Of a stretch of 64,000 bases of DNA, positions 8,811-16,699 are shown piece by piece (the first letter of the stretch is position 1; every line of letters begins with the position of its first letter). A program made the position numbers and the translations under genes. The notes under the pieces are model-generated. The model was not told the origin of the DNA. It did no database searches and worked only from the letters and a program-made list of their open reading frames with translations. This DNA comes from a virus (Duplodnaviria; Caudoviricetes): the IMG/VR virus record IMGVR_UViG_3300020049_007105, positions 35,900 through 99,899 of that record; one strand, 5' to 3'.

Positions 8811-9335
8811 GTGTTTAAGAAACTCCTTTTGGGACTGGTTACGATAGCGCTGCTGGCTGGGTGCGTAGCTCCGCCGCCGAACTTCCCGGTGTATCAGGAG
8901 GGTCGGGCGTTCCCGTCGTGCACGGTCCCGATCTACGTGTCGGCGAATGTGCAGGACCGGCCGCGGGTGAAGGCCGCGGCCGCCGAGTTCGGCCGTCTGT
9001 CGGGCTACCGTTTCGCTGATTCGTCCTATGCGGATGCGTCGGCGCACGGCATCGTTGTGGTGTGGCGCGGGGGGACGGCGCCGAGGGGCGGCGGGAAAGC
9101 GAACCCGACCTACCGCCGGTCCGGTGGCCGTCTGTGGACGACATGGCGGATCGACCTCGACAACGTGGGTGCGGTCCGTCACGAGTGGGGGCACACGATG
9201 GGATGGCTGCACCCGTCCCCGCCGGTGGCTGGCAACCTGATGAGCAACAGCACGACGATCCACCCGGTACAGGCTGGGCAGGCGCGGTGGTTGCGGGCCG
9301 AGTCGGCACGGCTGAACCCTGGGGGGTGCCGCTAA
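8811..9335 (+). CDS. Lipoprotein zinc metallopeptidase (metzincin/matrixin-like)
   Basis: Lipobox LAGC; HEWGHTMGWLH matches HExxHxxGxxH; Met-turn-like NLM. Confidence 0.85.
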   Translation: MFKKLLLGLVTIALLAGCVAPPPNFPVYQEGRAFPSCTVPIYVSANVQDRPRVKAAAAEFGRLSGYRFADSSYADASAHGIVVVWRGGTAPRGGGKANPTYRRSGGRLWTTWRIDLDNVGAVRHEWGHTMGWLHPSPPVAGNLMSNSTTIHPVQAGQARWLRAESARLNPGGCR

Positions 9336-11590
9336 TGGCCGCTGTCGAAATCCCGTGGTCGCGGATCGTCACATGGTCGCCATCTAGCGCACCGTTTGGG
9401 CTCACCCCGAGCGGGGTACTCACGCTGAACCGGGTCTTACCGGGCGTTCTCACGACCGACACGGCCGTACCTGCCGGGTCAGCGTCGATCCGGGTCGCTG
9501 AACTGCCGGGAGGCGGCGAGCTGGGACGGTACGGGTACGCTCTCCGAACCTTCGGTGGTGCGCTGCTCGTCCCGACCAACCTGGACGGCGCCACGTTAAA
9601 CGCCGGTTACGCCTACCCACGCCACAACCCCGCAGTGTGGACCCCCGAGTGGAACACCCCGGGCGGCGACATTGTGCTCGAAACACGGCTCTGGTCGAAC
9701 GCGCTCGGATTGCACGCAGCGAAACTGTCGGGGCTGATCGTCGGCCCGTCCACCGTGGGCGACCTCCAGTATTGGGACAGCCTTGACCTTGCCACGACAG
9801 TGGCAGCGGGCTACGTTTTTCCGACGTGGCCCGTGTCCGGTGTCGACGGTCCGTGGGTGAGTGCGTTCGCTTCGGGCACAGTGCTCGCGGTCCGCAAGAC
9901 GTGGACTGGCACCAAGACGATCACGGTCCCGCTCCGACAGACCGGCAGCACCATGACCGCCACACTCACCGCACCCGGTGGAGCGACGTTGCTGTCCGCT
10001 GGCGGGGCGACGGTCTCCGGTTCGACGTTAACAATCCCGCCCGGTGTGCAGTGCGTCCCCAAGTGGGAAGCAACCGGGGGCGCCACACTGACGCTTACGA
10101 AGGGCGCTCCGGCGATCGTCGCCAGCTACGCCCCCGTGTTCGTCGAAACGCCAGTAGTTCCGCCGACGCCGCCGACGATCACCAAACTGATCCCCACGGT
10201 CGGCCCCGACACGGGCGGCACGCTCGTCGATGTGATTGGCACCGACCTGACCGGCGCCACCGCCGTGGACTTCGGAGGCACGGCAGGCACCGGGCTGACC
10301 GTCGACCCGTCCGGCAACCTCGCCACGGTCACCAGCCCGGCACACACCGCAGGCCCCTACCCGGTGACGATCACCACCCCCGCAGGCGTGAGCAACGCCG
10401 AGACGTTCACGTTCGAGGCGCCGCCGGTTGTCACCGTCCCCGTCATTTACGCAGCGTACCCGTTACGCCTTTGTGCCGACGCCCCCGACAACCCGCAGGT
10501 GCTGATCCCCATCATCTTCCCGATCACTGACGTGGTTAGCGCCGAGGTAGGCGGAGTGGACGCCGGGGTCGGTGGGGTGCTCGACATCGGCGGGGGGGGT
10601 GGCTCCGTGTTCATATCCCCGCCATCCCTGTCGCCCGGCACCTACGACCTGATCCTCACGAACAGCGCAGGGTCGTCTGACCCGTACCCGATCGAATATG
10701 TTGACTGCGAAGGCTGCCCGCCCGACCCGACCGTCGTCGCAGTGTTCCCCGGCGCAGCGCTCCCCGGTGCCACGATCCAGCTCGTCGGCACCAACCTGAC
10801 CGGCGCCACCGTCACCATGTGCGGCGATCCTGTCGCCATCGTCAGCAACGACGGCAACATCATCACCGTTGTCGTACCGCCCGGCTGCCCCGACGGGCCA
10901 GCCACTATCACGGTCACCACACCAGACGGCGAGACAACCGTCGACTTCACGGTGCTGAAACTACTGGCTCCGGTCATTGACCTGGCTACTCCAGATGAGG
11001 GGTACAACACAGGCGGAGGTGTTGTCATGCTGTCGGGTCGGAATTTCCTGGGTGTCTCTGAGGTAACCTTTGACGGCCTTCCTGGAGTTAACCTGTTTGT
11101 TCCTTCTGATGATGTGCTGATTGTTACTGCACCGCCCCATGCTGCTGGTCAGGTCAGTATTCTCGTTACGAGCCCTTCTGGGGTCAGTCTGCCTTTCGAT
11201 TGGACATACATCCCAACGGATGGTCCGCCAGATATTTACGGTATTGTCCCATCTTCCGGCCCTAAAACTGGCGGCACTGAGATCACTCTGATCGGTAAGG
11301 GTTTTGTTGGTCTTACTTCTATCACGATTGAGGGCAAGGAGTGTTTTAGGGTTACTGTTTTGAGTGACACTGAGGCAACCTGTGTGACCACTTCCAATCC
11401 GGTTGGTTCAGCGCAGGTTATTGCTACCAACAGTAAGGGGGCTTCGCCTCCAGCCAATTTCACTTACTTCGAAGCTGAGGGTGGCACGGGGATTGACAAC
11501 CTTGGTGCCGGTGGAATTATTTTTCAGAGCCTGAAGCTGTTCAAGAAAGTCGATATCACTATCAGGATGCCTGATCTAAGGAAACCGTAA
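9335..11590 (+). CDS. Multi-IPT/TIG (Ig-like) domain virion protein
   Basis: TAATG-coupled start; repeated GPxxGGTxVxIxGxxFxG..V.FxG...V.SP IPT/TIG units. Confidence 0.85.
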   Translation: MAAVEIPWSRIVTWSPSSAPFGLTPSGVLTLNRVLPGVLTTDTAVPAGSASIRVAELPGGGELGRYGYALRTFGGALLVPTNLDGATLNAGYAYPRHNPAVWTPEWNTPGGDIVLETRLWSNALGLHAAKLSGLIVGPSTVGDLQYWDSLDLATTVAAGYVFPTWPVSGVDGPWVSAFASGTVLAVRKTWTGTKTITVPLRQTGSTMTATLTAPGGATLLSAGGATVSGSTLTIPPGVQCVPKWEATGGATLTLTKGAPAIVASYAPVFVETPVVPPTPPTITKLIPTVGPDTGGTLVDVIGTDLTGATAVDFGGTAGTGLTVDPSGNLATVTSPAHTAGPYPVTITTPAGVSNAETFTFEAPPVVTVPVIYAAYPLRLCADAPDNPQVLIPIIFPITDVVSAEVGGVDAGVGGVLDIGGGGGSVFISPPSLSPGTYDLILTNSAGSSDPYPIEYVDCEGCPPDPTVVAVFPGAALPGATIQLVGTNLTGATVTMCGDPVAIVSNDGNIITVVVPPGCPDGPATITVTTPDGETTVDFTVLKLLAPVIDLATPDEGYNTGGGVVMLSGRNFLGVSEVTFDGLPGVNLFVPSDDVLIVTAPPHAAGQVSILVTSPSGVSLPFDWTYIPTDGPPDIYGIVPSSGPKTGGTEITLIGKGFVGLTSITIEGKECFRVTVLSDTEATCVTTSNPVGSAQVIATNSKGASPPANFTYFEAEGGTGIDNLGAGGIIFQSLKLFKKVDITIRMPDLRKP

Positions 11591-11591
11591 T

Positions 11592-11888
11592 ATGGCTTTT
11601 TATAATGGCGAGACGTTCATTGTCCAGGTTGAACTTAAGGACTACCTTGGCGATCTCCTGATTGGTGGCGATCTGAGTTCCGTTGTTGGTACGGTCTATG
11701 AGTCCGATGGCGAAACTGAAGCGGTCCCTACTTTCTCTTTCGTCTATTCTGATGAGCGGGGTCGCTGTTGGGTTGGCGAGTTTGATACTGACGGTGTGCC
11801 CTATGGGAAGTATAAGCTTAAGGTTCTTGTTACCGCTAAGGATGGCTCTCAGAACTGGGAGTATTCGACTCTGACTCTGAGGCCCTAA
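11592..11888 (+). CDS. Small Ig-like beta-sandwich virion protein
   Basis: 98 aa, GKYKLKV strand pattern; coupled to next gene. Confidence 0.55.
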   Translation: MAFYNGETFIVQVELKDYLGDLLIGGDLSSVVGTVYESDGETEAVPTFSFVYSDERGRCWVGEFDTDGVPYGKYKLKVLVTAKDGSQNWEYSTLTLRP

Positions 11889-12604
11889 TGAGCCTAGAGA
11901 TTTTAGCCCTTTTTCCTGATTCGAGCGTCGAGGCCGGTGATATCGAAGTTGCCGTGGTGGGTGACGAGTTCACTGGTGTGACTGATGTGACTTTTGACGG
12001 GGTTTCGGCTACGGACCTAGTTTTCGTTTCTGATGGTATGCTTACGGTTACTGCACCGGCTGGTGCGGGTGTGGTTGATGTTGTTGTCACGACACCCTTA
12101 GGCACTTCTTCCCCTTTTAGTTTTACTTACGTTGCGCCTCCTACGACTAATGTCATTAACAAGTCAAACCAGGGGGCTTTTAATGAGGCAGCTTTTAGGG
12201 ATGGCATTCTGTTTGCCATGAACATGGGGACGCCCAAAGAAGTTGAGGAGCGTGTAACTTTCGTTTGGGAAGCCAAAAAGGATTACCTGGCCGAGGACGG
12301 CAAGGGCGTTCCTTTCAAGCTGGATGACGCAGGCACTCTAGTTACCCCAGAGAGGACCGCTCAAATCCCTCTCGCTTTGGAGTTCATTAACCGTTCCACT
12401 CTTTCTGGTGGTACTGGACTTGAAGCTTTTGATACACCGAGGGTTGTTCTTACTGTCATGGACACTGAGTTCCCTCAGATTCAGGGCGCTGACTATATGA
12501 TCATTGATGGTGACCACTACGATATTAAGTTTGAAGCTCCCCCTGTTGGGCTCTTCAACGTAACAGTACATACCATTCATGGTCACGCTAGAGATGAGAC
12601 CTAA
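11888..12604 (+). CDS. IPT/TIG domain fused to a probable head-closure (stopper-like) domain
   Basis: N-terminal FTGVTDVTFDG...LTVTAP IPT unit; C-terminal IIDGDHYDI typical of stopper proteins. Confidence 0.6.
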   Translation: MSLEILALFPDSSVEAGDIEVAVVGDEFTGVTDVTFDGVSATDLVFVSDGMLTVTAPAGAGVVDVVVTTPLGTSSPFSFTYVAPPTTNVINKSNQGAFNEAAFRDGILFAMNMGTPKEVEERVTFVWEAKKDYLAEDGKGVPFKLDDAGTLVTPERTAQIPLALEFINRSTLSGGTGLEAFDTPRVVLTVMDTEFPQIQGADYMIIDGDHYDIKFEAPPVGLFNVTVHTIHGHARDET

Positions 12605-13111
12605 ATGCCCTATGGTGGCGAACTCGTAAGACTTGTTAAGCATAGTTGTTTTAGGTATATTGAGTCTGCGCTGTCTGACTTGAATTACTTTTCTGACACT
12701 GATGCTTATAAGGCTTGGCATTTTACTGAGGATCAGATCACTGACGATATTAAGCTGGTTACGAACACAGTTTCACTGACTGTTGAGCGGTCTTTGAGTA
12801 GCGAGCTTGAGTTGGGGTCTAACGCCACTGAGGTTGAGCGGTATGCGTATCTGGATGTGTATCCAGAGAACCGTTCCCTTGGCGAGCATATGGCTGGCGA
12901 CCTTATGGCTATTCTTGAAGGCAAGATGCCTAACATCAATATCACGAAACCTTCGTTTCCTGTGATCAATTGGTCTGTGTCTGATTCAGCTCATCTGTTT
13001 GAGGCTGACATTGAGAGCCCTATGTCCAGTCTTGAGCGGGACTATGGGAAGCCATACAAGAAGAACTGGTATACGATCGGTTTCAAGATCACCTATGGGG
13101 ACTTCAACTGA
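12605..13111 (+). CDS. Tail terminator/completion protein (probable)
   Basis: 168 aa acidic alpha/beta protein with LDVYP motif; neck position. Confidence 0.5.
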   Translation: MPYGGELVRLVKHSCFRYIESALSDLNYFSDTDAYKAWHFTEDQITDDIKLVTNTVSLTVERSLSSELELGSNATEVERYAYLDVYPENRSLGEHMAGDLMAILEGKMPNINITKPSFPVINWSVSDSAHLFEADIESPMSSLERDYGKPYKKNWYTIGFKITYGDFN

Positions 13112-13374
13112 TGGTTTCCGAAATCAGTCAGGATGACCTCAAGTCTTTAGAGAAGCTGAAGAAGCGCTGTATTGGGCGCATTCTGGAAGCTAAGGATGAC
13201 GCCTGCTATGACCTGAATGAAGAGGATAGCGATGCCCTTCGTTCCAGTGTCATTCATGAGGTGAATCACCTTTATGATGTGATGAAGATGTATGTGGAGC
13301 ATGGCACCAAGGTGAACCAGCTTTTCCTTCAGCGCATGGAAGAGATTCATCAAGCTGTTGTTGGTGATAAGTAA
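13111..13374 (+). CDS. Hypothetical protein
   Basis: Translationally coupled at both ends. Confidence 0.55.
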   Translation: MVSEISQDDLKSLEKLKKRCIGRILEAKDDACYDLNEEDSDALRSSVIHEVNHLYDVMKMYVEHGTKVNQLFLQRMEEIHQAVVGDK

Positions 13375-14090
13375 TGGCAACCGCAACTGTTATCTTTGGT
13401 ACTGACCCTTCGTCTATTATGGCTGGGGTTGCTAAGGCCAGCTCCAAGATGGTGGGCGAGGTTTTTAGCGAGCTGTCTAAGGACGCTCAGAGGTTCGTTA
13501 AGAACCAGAACAGAACCATTAAGCCCAAGCTTCAGGCGGTCGCTGATGCTTCCATTAGGGAGACCCTTCGGCTTCAAGAACTTAGCCGTGTTCGTCCAAC
13601 CCAGCCTTATCGTCCTAATGACCGCCTAACAGGCCAACTGAGGGCCGCTCTGACTGGTGGCAATGTGGCTCGGGTAGTTAATGGACAGCTACGCTTTGGT
13701 GACCTTGACGCCATTTACAACACTGCTAAGCATATCTATCGAATCAACTTCGGAACCACGCCCACTGATAGGGGGCAGGCTAGTGTTACGGTGGACGGGG
13801 CTAGGTTCCCTGTCCCAACAGCAGCCTTGTATGGCCAGCAAACGAAGCCTTGGGAGATGCCGAGAGGTCGGTTCTACCCTGGGGGTCGTTTCTACCCTGG
13901 CAGGGGTGAAGGTGTTCAGATTGAAGCTGGGACTCCGGCAGGTATGGCGGGCCAGTTCTTCCTGTCCGATGCTGGTGTTTTTGCTCTCAGGGGTTCCATC
14001 AAGGCTTACAAAGATCACGTCGAGGACTTGATTGACAAATCTCTCGAAACCGGCAAGCAAAAGTTCGCTACCTACAACATTGTAGTCTAG
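13374..14090 (+). CDS. Neck protein (HK97 gp10-like, tentative)
   Basis: Basic protein with TGQLRAAL and NFGT motifs directly before the major tail gene. Confidence 0.45.
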   Translation: MATATVIFGTDPSSIMAGVAKASSKMVGEVFSELSKDAQRFVKNQNRTIKPKLQAVADASIRETLRLQELSRVRPTQPYRPNDRLTGQLRAALTGGNVARVVNGQLRFGDLDAIYNTAKHIYRINFGTTPTDRGQASVTVDGARFPVPTAALYGQQTKPWEMPRGRFYPGGRFYPGRGEGVQIEAGTPAGMAGQFFLSDAGVFALRGSIKAYKDHVEDLIDKSLETGKQKFATYNIVV

Positions 14091-14177
14091 GTCTCGAATA
14101 ACACCAAATACGATATACCTAAGGAACCTACCTGTTAGATGCAGCTAGCACAAATCTATTCTTAGGGAGTATCCTCC

Positions 14178-15383
14178 ATGGCAATTAAGTCCGGCAACAT
14201 TATCCATGATGTGCATGGATTCGTCATCGACCGAGTTCAGAGTGCGGGTGGGTCCATTGATGTCCCTACCACGAAGATTGATGAGCTTGGTAACTACGAG
14301 TCCGTTGCGACCATTCGTGACATTCCTGACCTCCAGTTCAACCTTGAATCCTTCGATGCTTCCACTGAGATTGAGGCTTTGATTTGCGGCTTTGATCCGA
14401 CGACCACCTCTGCGGGCCAGGCGTTTGATTTCCGTAATGCCAAGGAGTTCGGTATCCGTAGCCCGTTCAAGTCGGGTACGACCTTTACTGTTAATCATGG
14501 TGTGATCTTGCCTTGGCTGACTTTGGAGTCTGCTTCGTACAGCTTTGGTCTGGCTGACAATGCTACGCAGACGTTCAACTTCCGTGGCGACTCCATCTTC
14601 TATGTGCCTGGTTCGCCTCGCTATGAAGAGTTCACTGTTATTGATGAGGGTCCGTACACTCTCACTGATGACCCGGCCATCAAGTTCACTCAGGCTGGCA
14701 ACTCTGTTTACGCCCTGTCGGTTGTGCTTGTGGACAGTGTTACGAAGAACCAGCGTCGTTTGAAGGCTGGCGCTGACTATGCGAGCACGGCTACCACTTT
14801 GACTTTGACGGCTGACCCGGTTGCCGATTTCGACACGATTCGTGTGTACTACGGCTCGACTGATGCTGACACGTTCAACCAGACTGTTCACCAGGGTGTA
14901 TCTGTCAAGCCTGCTGCGGTTCGCGGCAAGGACATTGATATCTATGTCGCTAACACTGCTGGTACTGTGTGGACCCGCTGGACGAGTGTCCAGTCCTTCT
15001 CGGCTGACTGGTCTGTGAGCCTTGAGAGTGATGAGGAGTTTGGCAACACCGAGCGTGTTTCCTACGGCTACTCCGACACTCCGGCTACGACTGGCTCGAT
15101 TGGTGTGAAACCTCGTGACGCCAGCGACCTGTGGGAGAAGCTGAGTGTGATCAGCGGCATTCCTACGACCGACGTGATTGGCACCCAGGCTGCTGTTGCC
15201 TTGCCAGTCCGTGCGGTTGTCCGTGAGCCTAATACGGCCAACGTCATGAAGACTCTCACGATCCCCAAGGCTCGCTTTAAGGTTCCTTCACTGGAGCCTA
15301 GCGTGAACCAGAAGCTTGAGGTCAGCTTTGAGTTTGAGTCTGATGACGGTGTGATGACGGTTACGAAGGGTATGCCCGCCTAA
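14178..15383 (+). CDS. Major tail (tube) protein
   Basis: 401 aa, Thr/Ser/Val-rich, biased codons; precedes chaperones and tape measure; followed by a terminator. Confidence 0.8.
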   Translation: MAIKSGNIIHDVHGFVIDRVQSAGGSIDVPTTKIDELGNYESVATIRDIPDLQFNLESFDASTEIEALICGFDPTTTSAGQAFDFRNAKEFGIRSPFKSGTTFTVNHGVILPWLTLESASYSFGLADNATQTFNFRGDSIFYVPGSPRYEEFTVIDEGPYTLTDDPAIKFTQAGNSVYALSVVLVDSVTKNQRRLKAGADYASTATTLTLTADPVADFDTIRVYYGSTDADTFNQTVHQGVSVKPAAVRGKDIDIYVANTAGTVWTRWTSVQSFSADWSVSLESDEEFGNTERVSYGYSDTPATTGSIGVKPRDASDLWEKLSVISGIPTTDVIGTQAAVALPVRAVVREPNTANVMKTLTIPKARFKVPSLEPSVNQKLEVSFEFESDDGVMTVTKGMPA

Positions 15384-15447
15384 TCACACTCTCCCGTTTG
15401 GGAGAAACATATCTGCCGCCTCCCTCCCTCCTCCTAGCGGCACTTGA

Positions 15448-15495
15448 GAGAGCCTTGCCGGTCTTGTGGTGTGACCGGCAAGGCTCTCGTATTTT
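15448..15495 (+). terminator. Intrinsic terminator after major tail gene
   Basis: 16-bp perfect stem GAGAGCCTTGCCGGTC/GACCGGCAAGGCTCTC followed by GTATTTT. Confidence 0.8.
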
Positions 15496-15546
15496 CGATA
15501 TAGTTTGTAACACCCGTTGTACTGTAACAGAATATTGGAGACATAA

Positions 15547-16341
15547 ATGTCCGCTGCGAATTCGCTGGTTAAGAAGTCCCTGCTTGAGCTTTATACTACT
15601 GGTATGGAGTACACCATTCCTACCAACCCGGATGAGGAGTTGGCTGAAGGTGAGGAGCCTGAGGGCATCAAGGTTTGGCTCAAGAAGCTGAGCACTGTAG
15701 AGAAGCGTGAGGCTGTGAATCACGCTCAGAAGAAGTCCGCACCCCGGCAGCTTTTGAAGAAGGCTAACCGTGATGATATTGATAAGGCCCCTTATTACTC
15801 TTCGATTGCTGATCTGTCTCGTGACGACATTCTGATGTGGATTGTCGAAAAGAAGCTTGGCAACTTCGAGGATGAGATTGCTGCTGAGCTTGCTACTGAG
15901 GACGACTGGAAGGACCATGACCTTGAGTCCCTTCTGGCAGCATGGATTGAGGATGGCCTTCGTGACCGCTTCATGGATGGTGAGGAGCTTGAGGGTGAGG
16001 ATAAGCGGGTCATTGAACTGTTGCAGCAGTTCGAGGCTGAGGTCGCCATTAAGAAGCAAGAGATTTTGAACGATCAGCGTGAGCTGTATATCAATAAGAC
16101 TCAGGAAGAAGTCGAAGATGAGGTTGTTGATCTCCTGATCGAGAATGACGCTTCAGTTCTGTGGGTCGAGGAGTTCTACAACTACCGAATTTTCATGGGT
16201 GTTCGCACTCTTGAGGATCACAAGGTCAAGGTTTTTGATTCGATTGAAGAGGTTGAAGATTTGCCTAATGAACTTGTTCAGCACTTCAGCACTGGTTTTG
16301 AGCGCTTGGAGGTCGGTAACTCTACCGATGTAAAAAGCTAG
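15547..16341 (+). CDS. Tail assembly chaperone (gpG-like)
   Basis: Acidic helical protein between tail tube and tape measure, ending at slippery GTA AAA AGC TAG. Confidence 0.75.
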   Translation: MSAANSLVKKSLLELYTTGMEYTIPTNPDEELAEGEEPEGIKVWLKKLSTVEKREAVNHAQKKSAPRQLLKKANRDDIDKAPYYSSIADLSRDDILMWIVEKKLGNFEDEIAAELATEDDWKDHDLESLLAAWIEDGLRDRFMDGEELEGEDKRVIELLQQFEAEVAIKKQEILNDQRELYINKTQEEVEDEVVDLLIENDASVLWVEEFYNYRIFMGVRTLEDHKVKVFDSIEEVEDLPNELVQHFSTGFERLEVGNSTDVKS

Positions 16342-16661
16342 GCGGCTGCAATCACTTCCTAATGCTTGCTAGAGCCGCACAGAATGGTCAGGGTGTTCCT
16401 CTTAAGCCTGACGGTTGCGACAACAACGACATCCCCTATGACTTCCAAGAAGCTGTAGACCAAGCGTACCGTATTATCTCTTGGTTGGACAACCTTCCAT
16501 CTAAGGAAATTCCCCCTATTTGGATGTGGCCTTTTGACAATAAAACCAGTGAATGGTTTGATGCTGTCAAGAAGAGCCGTGATGAAGGTGGTCCAGGTCC
16601 CGGTGAAGAGGGAAATATGATGCAAAACGAGCTTACTAAGGGCCGAGGTAAGGACTCGTAG
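16332..16661 (+). CDS. Tail assembly chaperone -1 frameshift extension (gpT-like)
   Basis: The -1 frame from AAA AAG at 16332 is open into the 16362 ORF. Confidence 0.7.
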   Translation, partial: KKLGGCNHFLMLARAAQNGQGVPLKPDGCDNNDIPYDFQEAVDQAYRIISWLDNLPSKEIPPIWMWPFDNKTSEWFDAVKKSRDEGGPGPGEEGNMMQNELTKGRGKDS

Positions 16662-16699
16662 TAACGATATTAGGTTAGAGTCTAAGAAAAAGGGTTTAC

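Noticed and set aside
8400-10530. Several overlapping long ORFs in the high-GC segment, including the 9062 start
   Set aside because: Stop codons are scarce in GC-rich DNA. The TAATG-coupled 9335 start is better supported.
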